The notes under the pieces are model-generated. The model did not search any database. It had not been told where the DNA came from and was given only the letters and a program-made list of their open reading frames with translations. Of a stretch of 64,000 nucleotides of DNA, positions 48,048 to 58,168 are shown piece after piece. Position 1 is the first letter of the stretch; every line of letters starts with the position of its first letter. The DNA is from an uncultured virus (IMG/VR IMGVR_UViG_3300007871_000062) (lineage: Duplodnaviria > Heunggongvirae > Uroviricota > Caudoviricetes): IMG/VR virus record IMGVR_UViG_3300007871_000062. The stretch is one strand, 5' to 3'. Made by a program: the position numbers and the translations under genes.

Positions 48048-49484
48048 TTATCGTATCAGAACAGCGCCACGGTCCACGTCAAGAACTTCCACTCCACAGA
48101 GTAGATCCATAGTCACAAGATGACCTTGTGCAGTACCATCATAGGTGATGACTACACGCATAGCCAAATCATTATACGAACTCACACCAGAAAGTGCAGT
48201 ACCAGCCTTCGGCAACGCCAACGGACGCACAACCAAAGCTACAGCACCCTCATCAAAAGCAAAATTAAATTGTCCAATCGGGCCGAAATCAACCATATCG
48301 TCATCAACCAATGCTGCTTCAAGCGGACGGTCGAGAGTAATGAAATAATCAGCGCCATTGGCGTCAACAGCAATAATACAATACTCGCCCGTGATTACCA
48401 CATTCGTAGCAGCATCAGATGCAAATCCAACAAGCTGACCGACTTGCGGAACAACACCCTCAGCACTGTCTACATTGATTTGCTTATCATAACCAATCGG
48501 GTATTCAGTTACACCAGCATGGCCGGGCAAATCAATAGTACCACGAGTATAGTAATTAACATCAGTATTATCAGCCAAAGCTGTAAGCAAAGGACGATCA
48601 AGCGTCAATTTTGTGGCAGCAACCGTAGTCAAACGATACACACCGCCATCATCCTCAAAAGTAACATACATACCAGGTTGCATGATATTAGTAGCATCAG
48701 TCACAACAGTAAAGCTCGTATCACCAGCAGCAATATCCGCTTGATTAATATCACCTTCAGCACCATCAGTAGGCGTGGTGTACGTACCAGTCGGAATAGA
48801 CGAAACATTTTGACACATGAACGTATTGAAGCCAAGCTTTCTACCGAGGGATGCTTCTCGCAGAGCAGTACCCTGGTCACCAACTTTTTCAGCACTAATG
48901 AACAGATCAAGCTTCAAAGCTTCCGTTTCTGTGACCGGGCTCAAAATCAGATTACGACCGATCGCGGGAACCTTGTTCACATTCATCTTATTACGTGTAT
49001 CGAGAATAGCGTCCTTAATATCATCAGCAGTCACATCGGGATCAATAGCGACCTGGTTATCAAGAAATTGATAGACCTGGCCGAGTAAAATACGATCAAT
49101 ATGCTCTGCCAAACTCTTAGCTGCTGGTTGCAAGTACGTTTTAACAAGATCCTGAAAAGAGAGACTCTCTTCACCATCTCTAATCATGAATGAAGTATGA
49201 ACATGCTGATCCAATGTAACAGGAACATTCGTAGCGGTTGCGGCCTGGACCGTAATATCGTCATTTACGCCCTTACGTCGAGCAGTAAACGTACCCGGCT
49301 TACGCGTATTAACAACATCACCAAAAGTAGCAATTTCGTCACTAAAATCAGAGTGAACAAGTCTACCAATAACCATATTCTCTTCAAGAATAGCCAACGA
49401 CTCAGCGGCCCAAACTTCGGGTACCCAAGCGCGATCATTGGTATCAAAATCATTATCAAAAGCTACAAAACTAAGAGTTTTCAT
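48048..49484 (-). CDS. Major capsid protein (P22 gp5-like) with insertion domains
   Basis: VPEVWA.E.L..L, GDVVN..KP, V.LDQH, PAAKSLAE.ID, D.LCG...D. Confidence 0.88.
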   Translation of the reverse strand: MKTLSFVAFDNDFDTNDRAWVPEVWAAESLAILEENMVIGRLVHSDFSDEIATFGDVVNTRKPGTFTARRKGVNDDITVQAATATNVPVTLDQHVHTSFMIRDGEESLSFQDLVKTYLQPAAKSLAEHIDRILLGQVYQFLDNQVAIDPDVTADDIKDAILDTRNKMNVNKVPAIGRNLILSPVTETEALKLDLFISAEKVGDQGTALREASLGRKLGFNTFMCQNVSSIPTGTYTTPTDGAEGDINQADIAAGDTSFTVVTDATNIMQPGMYVTFEDDGGVYRLTTVAATKLTLDRPLLTALADNTDVNYYTRGTIDLPGHAGVTEYPIGYDKQINVDSAEGVVPQVGQLVGFASDAATNVVITGEYCIIAVDANGADYFITLDRPLEAALVDDDMVDFGPIGQFNFAFDEGAVALVVRPLALPKAGTALSGVSSYNDLAMRVVITYDGTAQGHLVTMDLLCGVEVLDVDRGAVLIR

Positions 49485-49528
49485 TTTTTTCCTTATCTGG
49501 GGTTAGGGTTTCCAACCCGGAATATTCC

Positions 49529-50272
49529 CTACCGCCCAAAGAGTTCCGGTCGCTCTTTACGCAGTTTTCGGTACTGAGCAGGATCGTTTTTCGCGACTTG
49601 AACAAGATCAATATCACCCTTCTTACCTTTATTACCTGAGCCACCAACACCACTAAATTTACTATTTGTAAATAAATTACCGCATGATTCAAGTTCAGAC
49701 ATTCGTTTGACGGCTTCCGGTACAGTAAGATCAAGAGTGATAGGTTTTCCGTCCTTGTCCATATCCTTAAACGCTACTCTTGCCTCAAAAGTACCACTCG
49801 GTTTGCCGGCATCATCAGTTTTTTCTGTCAATTTTGTCGCAGGTCGCAATAATGCTGTAATTTGCTCCGTTGCAACAGCCTTATTTGCGACTGCAGCTTG
49901 GGCAATTTCTACATCAATAGTTGCTTCTGTATAACGTGATTGCCAAGTGTCGCGGTCGGTTGACAGTGTTTTTACTTGAGTTTCATGTGCATCCTTGGCT
50001 TTTTCTGCTGACTGCCGCGCTCGTTCCTCAGTCGTCATATATTTAGTTTGCAGTTCATCAATTTGTTTTTGCAAATCTTCACGCTCTTCGGCACTCAACG
50101 CTACACTTTTCTTAGCTTCCGCTAATTGATCGGCTAATTGGCGTTGAACATCTTGCGTCTTACGCTTTTCTCTTGCAAGAAAAGTGTTAACATCATCTTG
50201 ATTAAATATCTTTTCATCCTTTTTCTTAGCAGCAGCAGAATCATCACCTTCGAAACAAACAAAACTCTTCAT
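49529..50272 (-). CDS. Scaffolding protein
   Basis: FNQDDVN, coiled coil, QYRKLRK C-terminus; directly upstream of the capsid gene. Confidence 0.75.
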   Translation of the reverse strand: MKSFVCFEGDDSAAAKKKDEKIFNQDDVNTFLAREKRKTQDVQRQLADQLAEAKKSVALSAEEREDLQKQIDELQTKYMTTEERARQSAEKAKDAHETQVKTLSTDRDTWQSRYTEATIDVEIAQAAVANKAVATEQITALLRPATKLTEKTDDAGKPSGTFEARVAFKDMDKDGKPITLDLTVPEAVKRMSELESCGNLFTNSKFSGVGGSGNKGKKGDIDLVQVAKNDPAQYRKLRKERPELFGR

Positions 50273-50283
50273 GGTTATTACTC

Positions 50284-50748
50284 CTAGGATACCCTATGAA
50301 TTTTTACAGTTCCAGACGCCTTGAGATACGGTTTGAGATATTGCCAAGCATAGGCGCTTGGAATACCTGCCGCAAAATGCGCTGGAACCTCCTCGCGAGC
50401 ATAGGTGGTTCTCGCTGAGGATATGCCTCTAGCTACAACAGCTAAATTTTCTAATTCCAAATCAGGATCAACACCATCGAGTAAAGCAAATGCGACTTCA
50501 TAACAAGCGATTTTAATATCATCAGGAACTTCTTCATCCCCTACAGCTTCATCACCATAGTATCGTGGAAATTCTTCAGTCTGATCGGAATCAACTTTCG
50601 TACCAGCAAACTTGAGTCTATCGATACGTGCTGATGCTTCCAAAAGTGCTTTTGTTTTGTCACTATTTGTTGATGCCGTCCACTCACCGACATGAAGTCG
50701 AGTAAGAAAATAAGTGTCTGCGTTAGCATATGTGTCGTAAGCTGCCAT
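50284..50748 (-). CDS. Head-tail adaptor (DnaT-like family)
   Basis: Y.T...ADTYF, KALLEAS..ID, EFPR, VP.DIK.A.YE.A. Confidence 0.75.
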   Translation of the reverse strand: MAAYDTYANADTYFLTRLHVGEWTASTNSDKTKALLEASARIDRLKFAGTKVDSDQTEEFPRYYGDEAVGDEEVPDDIKIACYEVAFALLDGVDPDLELENLAVVARGISSARTTYAREEVPAHFAAGIPSAYAWQYLKPYLKASGTVKIHRVS

Positions 50749-50756
50749 GTTTCTCC

Positions 50757-51833
50757 TTAGAATTTATTAAAATAGCGTGACAAACAAAAATCAAGAGGTA
50801 TATTATCGAAACCATATCCAATTTGTCCAACAGCCGTACTATTAAATGGAATACCGTAGATTACACCATTTGGTGCTAAAATTCCACTCGTCCATTTATC
50901 GCCACCGGCTAAATTACCAAAGGTTGTAGCAGTATCAGTGGTAGGATCAATTTCTAAAACTGCCGTACTATCCCACGGAATACCGTAAATCTTACCATTT
51001 GGTGCCAAGACACCACCCATCCATTTACTACCACCAACTAGACTACCAAAGGTTGATACAGTGTCAGTAGTAGGATCAATCTTTAGAACAGTTGTACTAT
51101 CAAACGGAATACCGTAAATCATTCCATTCAGTGCTAAAACACCACCGTACCACTTAAAATTACCACCTGTAGTACCGATAGTTGTGTGACTATCATCCGA
51201 TGGATCAATTTTTAGAACAGATCCATGGCTAAATGGAATACCATAAATCATACCATTCGGAGCTAAAACGCCGCCTGTAAAAGCATCACTGGTGCCTATA
51301 GTACCGAAAGTTGTAGCGGTATCATTAGTGGGATCAATCTTCAAAAATGCATTATGATTATAGGGCATACCATAAATCATACCATTCGGAGCTAAAACAC
51401 CACCACACCATTTAATATCTTGAATAGGCAGACTACCGAAGGTTGAAATAGTGTCAGTAGTAGGATCAATTTTTAGAACGATTGTCATATCACGTGGAAT
51501 ACAATAAATCATTCCATTTTCAGCTAAGACACCACCTTGATATTTAGCTGTTTCAACTATACTACCGAAAGTTGAAGCAGTATTAGTGGTAGGATCAATT
51601 TTTAGAACAGTTGAACTTGTGTAAGGCACGCCATAAATCATCCCATTCGGTGCTAAAACGCCACCAAACCACTTATTAGCACCAGCTAGACTACCAAAAG
51701 TTGTGCCAACTCTATTTGTTTGTGGATAAGCTGTACCCCAACGCTTTGAAAATGCTTCCTTTGTCTTAATCCAATTAGTAGTTTCCCAACTAGGATATGG
51801 TGGAACAGGAGTAATCAAAGTATACCCAAACAC
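50757..51833 (-). CDS. Seven-bladed beta-propeller repeat protein
   Basis: Seven ~41-aa repeats GGVLAPNGMIYGIP..VLKIDP. Confidence 0.85.
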   Translation of the reverse strand: MFGYTLITPVPPYPSWETTNWIKTKEAFSKRWGTAYPQTNRVGTTFGSLAGANKWFGGVLAPNGMIYGVPYTSSTVLKIDPTTNTASTFGSIVETAKYQGGVLAENGMIYCIPRDMTIVLKIDPTTDTISTFGSLPIQDIKWCGGVLAPNGMIYGMPYNHNAFLKIDPTNDTATTFGTIGTSDAFTGGVLAPNGMIYGIPFSHGSVLKIDPSDDSHTTIGTTGGNFKWYGGVLALNGMIYGIPFDSTTVLKIDPTTDTVSTFGSLVGGSKWMGGVLAPNGKIYGIPWDSTAVLEIDPTTDTATTFGNLAGGDKWTSGILAPNGVIYGIPFNSTAVGQIGYGFDNIPLDFCLSRYFNKF

Positions 51834-51834
51834 A

Positions 51835-52152
51835 TTACACTCCTATCCAAGTTAAAATTTGATCTGCAGCTGTTGAAATGGCATACAGATTTTGTAGGTC
51901 AGAGAAGGGAAGCATTAAACTGCCGCCTGGAACAATTGGGAACCCCCCCGAGAGCGGGTCAGAATTCGCTGTCACATTACTTTTTCCAATCCAAATAGTT
52001 TTTGTATTATCCGTATTGGCAAGAAAAATAATACCATATTTCAAACGCCTTACTTGATCATTTAATACACTTGCGGTTACATCAATTACACTATTGCCAT
52101 GTACGCAATGCTTACTTGCAACTGTTTGAACATTATTGTGTATTCTTAACAT
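51835..52152 (-). CDS. Hypothetical virion protein
   Basis: Coupled ORF in the structural operon. Confidence 0.6.
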   Translation of the reverse strand: MLRIHNNVQTVASKHCVHGNSVIDVTASVLNDQVRRLKYGIIFLANTDNTKTIWIGKSNVTANSDPLSGGFPIVPGGSLMLPFSDLQNLYAISTAADQILTWIGV

Positions 52153-52153
52153 A

Positions 52154-52546
52154 TTATCTCCAAATTGTTTTGTAACTTGTACCTAATTGACCGTCAGGTA
52201 AAAGTGTGTTGACTACAATGTCCCAAGTATTATTAAGTAAAGTGTAATCAACTATTTTGGAATAATGATCACCATCTAAATCTAATTTAATTTCAGTATT
52301 ACCAATTTTACATACAGGGAAATCTGAAATGATAGTGATTTTAATATCGAAAGTTGTTGTCGTACAATATTCCAAACCATTGTCTGTAAATCTTTTGTCT
52401 GTTACTGTTTCTTTAACATCTTGAGGATTAATGTCCGCAATTGAAATTTTACTATTGTGTGCAGCAAGAGACAAAATTTTCCGCTGTAAGTCTTTTTGAT
52501 TAATGAGTGAATCATAATCATTCCAAATGTCTTGAAGGCAACTCAT
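52154..52546 (-). CDS. Hypothetical protein
   Basis: AAGGAG RBS. Confidence 0.6.
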   Translation of the reverse strand: MSCLQDIWNDYDSLINQKDLQRKILSLAAHNSKISIADINPQDVKETVTDKRFTDNGLEYCTTTTFDIKITIISDFPVCKIGNTEIKLDLDGDHYSKIVDYTLLNNTWDIVVNTLLPDGQLGTSYKTIWR

Positions 52547-52564
52547 TATATCTCCTTGTAATTC

Positions 52565-52762
52565 TTAATTGTCCAGTGCCTCTGCTTCTGAAATCATTGC
52601 TTCCCACTTAGCTTTTTCTGCTTCTTGGATTGCAATATCATCCTCACACATTCTAATAAAGTTTTGTATTTGTTTTATTGTATATTTCCGCACTTTTGGC
52701 GTAGTGAATTCAAATACTTCTTTGTCTAGTTTTTTACCATTGTTCCTACACGTGTTTTGCAT
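52565..52762 (-). CDS. Small coiled-coil protein (start uncertain)
   Basis: The RBS-linked ATG at 52740 is one base out of frame at an A6 run. Confidence 0.5.
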   Translation of the reverse strand: MQNTCRNNGKKLDKEVFEFTTPKVRKYTIKQIQNFIRMCEDDIAIQEAEKAKWEAMISEAEALDN

Positions 52763-55700
52763 GACTTACATCATACCAATTACTTCCATCACAAACAAAT
52801 GAAAATCCACCACCATCTATTGTTTCATCTGCCCGGGTATGCATATAAAAATCTTGATTAATTCCTTCTGTATCTTCAAGGGTTAGTGTATTTGTCCAAT
52901 CACCGATGTAAGCAACCCGTAAAATTTGTCCAGCAACACCACCTACTAATCCACCGAGAGTAATATTTCCACTCGTTGTATTAACTAAAAGCGTATTGAC
53001 TCCTGATACATCAGTATCATCTGCTGACGCCGTAATTGTTGTTGTATTAGAAGCTATTGCGCCATTCACATCCAATTTACAACTTGGAGTAAAATCATTG
53101 ACACCCATATTTCCAGAATCATCTACAGTTATTCTTATATTACCTGCACCGTCTGCAAGAATAACATGATTTTGTAAATCAATGGCTAATCCAGTTACTC
53201 TTGCACCAATGATAGTATTATTATCACCAGTTGTAATACCTCTACCTGTGCCGTAACCAATAATTGTATTGTGATCCCCTGTTGTTACATCATAACCTGC
53301 ACTACTTCCAACACCAACATTCCATTGACCCGTGGTCATACGCATTGCATCATAACCAACTGAAGTATTATAATGACCAGTAGATGTATAAAGTGAATAA
53401 TTTCCAACAGCAACATTATAATCACCGGTAGTATTAGTATAAAGTGCATTAGGTCCAATACCAATATTATAATCACCATCCAGATTATTAAAAATTGCTC
53501 CTCTTCCAATAGCAGTATTTTGATCACCATGTATATTTTCTCTAAGTGCATGTGTTCCAATAGCAGTGTTATATTTACCATAAGTATTTTTATACATCGC
53601 CCATCCACCAATGGCAGTATTTTGACCACCTGAAGTATTAGCATTAAGTGCATCTCCTCCAACACCAACATTACCATAACCATAAGTATTATCTTCAAGT
53701 GCATATCCTCCAAAAGCAACATTACCATAACCACTGAGATTATTCTTAAGTGCATTTCCTCCAACTGCAACATTATCATAACCATCTGTATTATTACTAA
53801 GTGCATTAGTTCCCATGGCAACATTATAATCACCATACGTATTATGTTGTCCTGCAGCCATACCGATATACGTATTATTTACACTGTTTTCACCACGTAC
53901 TTCAAAAGTAGCAGAATCAGAAGAATCTTTTAATATCAATATTGGTGTTGATACACCAGTGAGATGTCGTAATATTATGGTATCAAGCCTGCCATCAAAA
54001 TCATTTTCTGGCGTAAATTTTAGATCAAGAGGGCCTGTTAAATTTGCCTTAAAAGTAGTATAAAGTGTAGCATTACTACCTCTAGTTAATGGACAATCAC
54101 ACGTTCCAAGAGTTACTGTGACTGTTCCAGCTGTACGATTAGATATTGTAAATTCTAATTGATATGTCTCACCATCAACTACATTAATAGCTTGAAAAAG
54201 TGGATCAACATTTCCAGCAATATGTTGTGCTTTACCCGTATTCCACACCCATTCAAGTAGAGTATAACTCCAGTCACTTAAATCAATTAAAAAATCCCAA
54301 TTTACCACTAGATTAGAACCAAAGGCAGCAGTATCTATACCAGTTCCACCTGTGAGTGAAACACTAAGTGTTCCACCATCAAAATCATATTCACCTGCAG
54401 TTATAGTGTGTACAGCATTACTACCATTCCATTGAACACTATAATCTTGTGCTACTCCAAATTGTAGAAGCTGACTATCATAAGGTAATTGAATGTATCC
54501 TGAAGCATCTACAATTATTCTCTTATTACCTTCACCGTCTGCAAGAATAATATGATTTTGTAAATCAGCAGCTAATCCTGTAACTTGTGCTCCAATGATA
54601 GTATTATTATCACCAGTTGTAATACCTCTACCTGTGTTATAACCAATAAGTGTATTGTAGTCCCCTGTTGTTACATCATAACCCGTAGTATACCCAAATG
54701 CAGCATTAAAATCACCAGTAGTCAAACGCAGTGAACTATAACCAATAGCAACATTATCCTCACCAGTAGATGAATTAAGTGCCCAATTTCCAATAGCAAC
54801 ATTATGATCACCAGAAATATTATCACTTAATGTACTTCTTCCAATTGCAGTATTAGCATCACCATCTTCATTACTAAAAAGTGCATTTTTCCCAATAGCA
54901 ATATGATCATCACCATCTATATTTTCTTTAAGTGAATCAGTTCCAATAGCAACATTATATAGACCTGTAGTATTTTCATATAATGACCAATCTCCAATAG
55001 CAATATTTTGTCTACCCGTAGTATTAGTATACAATGTATATCCGCCAACACCAATATTACCAGAGCCACAAGTATTATCTTCAAGTGCATGTCTTCCAAG
55101 AGCAATATTATTGTAACCTTGAATATTATTTTTAAGTGTATTCATTCCAATAGCAACATTATCATAACCATCAGTATTAGTACTAAGTGCATTAATTCCG
55201 AGAGCAATATTATAATCGCCCGTAATATTATATTGTCCTGCATTTACACCAATATAGATATTATCCACACTGTTTTCACCACGTACTTCGAGAATAGCAG
55301 AATCAGTAGAATCTTTTAATATTAATACTGGTGTTGTCGTACCAGAAACATGTTGTAATTTTATATCATCAAGCCTGCCATCAAAATCAGTATGCGGTGT
55401 AAATGTAAGATTAATAGGGCCAGTTAAATTTGCCACAAAAGAAGTATAGTATGTACCATTACTAACCGCAGTTAATGAGCAATCACACGTTCCAAAAGTT
55501 ACTGTGACTGTTCCGGCTGTACGATTGGATATTGTAAATTCCACTGCATATATTTTACCATCAACTACATTAATAGCTTGAAAAAGTGGATCAACATTCC
55601 CAATAATATGTTCTGCTTCACCAGTATTCCACACCCATTCAAGTGGGGTAAAATTCCAATCGCTTAGATCAATTGAAAAATCCCAATTCGTTACTAGATT

Positions 55701-56690
55701 AACATCAAAAGGAGGAGTATCTACGCCAGCCCCACCTGTGAGTGAAACATTAAGTGTTCCACCATCAAAAACATATTCACCCGCAGTTATAGTGTGTGTA
55801 GCATTACTACCATCCCATTGGACACTATAATCTTGTGCTGCTCCAAATTGTAGAAGCTGACTATCATAAGGTAATTGAATGTATCCTGAAGCATCTACAA
55901 TTAAAGCAGGATCAGGATCACCATCTGAAGCCACTAATTCAGAGTGTCTGTGAAGAGCATCTGCAACAGAATTATCCGTAAGAGTATCTAATTGCGCTCC
56001 GGTTGCAGAAGTATCATGTGAAGCAATAGTTCCAGCAATCAAATTATCATGATCAAGAGAACTCTCAAAACTATCGAAAGTGATTTTATTATTATGACCA
56101 CCGTCACTATCATAAAATGGAATTTGATCAGCGTCAGCTATAACATCTACATTCAAACTAACGATATCAAAATCACCAGCATTAATCAGATTATTGTGAT
56201 CAAGAGAACTCTCAAAATTAGCAAAAGTGATTTTATTATTGTGAGTGCCGGTATCATCATAAAACGGAAGAGTGTCAGCGTCAGCTATAGTATCTGCATC
56301 CAATCCATCGATATTAAAATCACCCGCATTAATCAGATTATTGAGATCAAGTAATGATTCAAAATCAGTGAAAGTAATTTTACTATTATTGCTCTCTGAG
56401 ACGTCAAAAAATGGTATATAATCTGCAGCAACTATCGTTTCAACACCCAATTGATTAATTTCAAAAGGAATATTGTCTTGCCAAATTGGTGCATTGGAAG
56501 GACCATTTGATACAAGAACCTGTCCTGCTGTTCCTTGTTCAAAAGGAATATAATTACGCACTGAAGAATTATCGACTTTAACTAAAAGCGTTCCGGGTAG
56601 ACCAATAGTATTGATTGATGTGCGTAAATTAAGTTCTTCAAAGACGTAGTCTGAGAAATTACTCATGATATTCTCCATAACCGGGCCCAC
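52746..56690 (-). CDS. Large fibre/adhesin-like protein with beta-roll repeats and an internal duplication
   Basis: 14-aa NxAIGxxAL repeats; 462-aa module duplicated; three 49-aa N-terminal repeats. Confidence 0.85.
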   Translation of the reverse strand: MGPVMENIMSNFSDYVFEELNLRTSINTIGLPGTLLVKVDNSSVRNYIPFEQGTAGQVLVSNGPSNAPIWQDNIPFEINQLGVETIVAADYIPFFDVSESNNSKITFTDFESLLDLNNLINAGDFNIDGLDADTIADADTLPFYDDTGTHNNKITFANFESSLDHNNLINAGDFDIVSLNVDVIADADQIPFYDSDGGHNNKITFDSFESSLDHDNLIAGTIASHDTSATGAQLDTLTDNSVADALHRHSELVASDGDPDPALIVDASGYIQLPYDSQLLQFGAAQDYSVQWDGSNATHTITAGEYVFDGGTLNVSLTGGAGVDTPPFDVNLVTNWDFSIDLSDWNFTPLEWVWNTGEAEHIIGNVDPLFQAINVVDGKIYAVEFTISNRTAGTVTVTFGTCDCSLTAVSNGTYYTSFVANLTGPINLTFTPHTDFDGRLDDIKLQHVSGTTTPVLILKDSTDSAILEVRGENSVDNIYIGVNAGQYNITGDYNIALGINALSTNTDGYDNVAIGMNTLKNNIQGYNNIALGRHALEDNTCGSGNIGVGGYTLYTNTTGRQNIAIGDWSLYENTTGLYNVAIGTDSLKENIDGDDHIAIGKNALFSNEDGDANTAIGRSTLSDNISGDHNVAIGNWALNSSTGEDNVAIGYSSLRLTTGDFNAAFGYTTGYDVTTGDYNTLIGYNTGRGITTGDNNTIIGAQVTGLAADLQNHIILADGEGNKRIIVDASGYIQLPYDSQLLQFGVAQDYSVQWNGSNAVHTITAGEYDFDGGTLSVSLTGGTGIDTAAFGSNLVVNWDFLIDLSDWSYTLLEWVWNTGKAQHIAGNVDPLFQAINVVDGETYQLEFTISNRTAGTVTVTLGTCDCPLTRGSNATLYTTFKANLTGPLDLKFTPENDFDGRLDTIILRHLTGVSTPILILKDSSDSATFEVRGENSVNNTYIGMAAGQHNTYGDYNVAMGTNALSNNTDGYDNVAVGGNALKNNLSGYGNVAFGGYALEDNTYGYGNVGVGGDALNANTSGGQNTAIGGWAMYKNTYGKYNTAIGTHALRENIHGDQNTAIGRGAIFNNLDGDYNIGIGPNALYTNTTGDYNVAVGNYSLYTSTGHYNTSVGYDAMRMTTGQWNVGVGSSAGYDVTTGDHNTIIGYGTGRGITTGDNNTIIGARVTGLAIDLQNHVILADGAGNIRITVDDSGNMGVNDFTPSCKLDVNGAIASNTTTITASADDTDVSGVNTLLVNTTSGNITLGGLVGGVAGQILRVAYIGDWTNTLTLEDTEGINQDFYMHTRADETIDGGGFSFVCDGSNWYDVSHAKHV

Positions 56691-56715
56691 AATTGGACCC
56701 GGTTATTTTCTTCCT

Positions 56716-57444
56716 TTAACCGTTGTCCCCGATGTTACTCCAAACAATGGTGAACACACCAGATACTTTCAAAACATCAGCAGTCGTACCGTGATCAGCA
56801 TCATCAACGGTGCGGAAATTCAAGTGATATGTCTTACCACTCCCATGACCATCAACAACGGCAGCCGTACTGTTAATTCCTTTTTCAATTGCAGCGGATG
56901 TTTTGGCAGTCAAAGCACAAACGATAGCACCAATCACATCTTCTTCATCACCACCATTTAAATCAAAAGAAGTAGCTTGAGCCGCAGCGGCAGTACCAAC
57001 ACCGATTTCAAAATCAGCGGTAGTCGAGAAACCGGTGCCACCACCAGTAACTGCCTCTAATTTACCTAATGGAAATTGAATATGTACACCATGAACAAGA
57101 ATATGGCCATCGGGAAAAGTGTAAAGAGGTTGAGTTCCCCACGCACCATCAGTGGCAGGTACGGTACCGTCTGTTGACACCATCTCCATTTCAGTAAAAG
57201 TAAAGACGGTCTTATGAAGAGCACCGTCACCTTTTTCAGTAACTACCATTCCTGTTTTTGTCGCTGCAGTACCAACAGTGTGAAGAGTGTCGTTATCGCG
57301 ACCCGCATTATTGTCATCTACTCTAGTTTGTAGAGTAGCTACTTGATCAAATAGTGTATAATAATCATCTGCATTCGGTCCCTTTTGAGGAGCATCATCA
57401 CTGTCACGATTCAGGGAGTCTCCGTCCCAAATTGTTAGAGTCAT
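56716..57444 (-). CDS. Virion protein, paralogue 2
   Basis: Full-length similarity to 57444..58166. Confidence 0.7.
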   Translation of the reverse strand: MTLTIWDGDSLNRDSDDAPQKGPNADDYYTLFDQVATLQTRVDDNNAGRDNDTLHTVGTAATKTGMVVTEKGDGALHKTVFTFTEMEMVSTDGTVPATDGAWGTQPLYTFPDGHILVHGVHIQFPLGKLEAVTGGGTGFSTTADFEIGVGTAAAAQATSFDLNGGDEEDVIGAIVCALTAKTSAAIEKGINSTAAVVDGHGSGKTYHLNFRTVDDADHGTTADVLKVSGVFTIVWSNIGDNG

Positions 57445-58166
57445 TAGTCGTCCCCCAAGGCAGTCCAAACAACCGTAAGAACACCACTAACCGTAAGAAT
57501 ATCAGCAACCGCACCATGATCAGCATCATCGAGAGTACGGAAATTCAGATTCAATGTCTTAGCGGCGGCTGTACCATCAAATGCTACAGCTGTTCCACAA
57601 GCCGCTGACTCAATTGCATCAGATGTCTTTGAAGTCAAATTTACGTCCAAAGCAGTAACAATATCTTCTTGGGTTGCGTTATTAAGACCATATCCTGTCC
57701 ACTGAGCCGAGGCCACTGTCCCTACACCGAGTTCAAAATCAGCAGTATCAGAAAAACCAGTGCCACCACCGGTAGTAGCAACTATAAGACCTAGTGGAAA
57801 TTGAGCGTGTGATCCAAGAAAAAGAATATGACCTACAGGAAAGGTGTAGAGAAGTTGTGTTCCCCAAGCACCATCAGTCCCCGCCGTTGTACCATCTTTG
57901 GATGCCATCGACATTCCATCAAAAGTAAAGACGGTTTTATGAACAGCGCCACTACCTTTTTCTACAACTGTCAAACCAGTTTTGGTCGCAACCGCACCCG
58001 GAGCATCAAGAGTATCGTCATCACGACCAGTATTATTGGCATTTACTCGGGTTTGTGCGGCTGACACTTCTGAAATTACACGATTCCAATCACGCCAATC
58101 AGGAGACTTTCGCTGATTTGCAGTACGATTATCAGAAGCTCCAGTCCAAATTGAAGTAGGATACAT
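57444..58166 (-). CDS. Virion protein, paralogue 1
   Basis: Shared HKTVFTF, DGAWGTQ, GGGTGFS.TADFE, LNFRT.DDADHG. Confidence 0.7.
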   Translation of the reverse strand: MYPTSIWTGASDNRTANQRKSPDWRDWNRVISEVSAAQTRVNANNTGRDDDTLDAPGAVATKTGLTVVEKGSGAVHKTVFTFDGMSMASKDGTTAGTDGAWGTQLLYTFPVGHILFLGSHAQFPLGLIVATTGGGTGFSDTADFELGVGTVASAQWTGYGLNNATQEDIVTALDVNLTSKTSDAIESAACGTAVAFDGTAAAKTLNLNFRTLDDADHGAVADILTVSGVLTVVWTALGDD

Positions 58167-58168
58167 CT

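Noticed and set aside
48120..49088. 322-aa plus-strand ORF
   Set aside because: Antisense to the major capsid gene, with no recognisable motif; likely a codon-bias shadow
50757..51833. ~123-bp DNA repeats as a non-coding array
   Set aside because: Explained by the propeller blades of the protein
52725..52746. Programmed frameshift at the start of the small gene after the fibre
   Set aside because: A one-base difference in an A6 run is more simply a homopolymer error or an alternative start; it also warns that other frameshifts here may be artefacts
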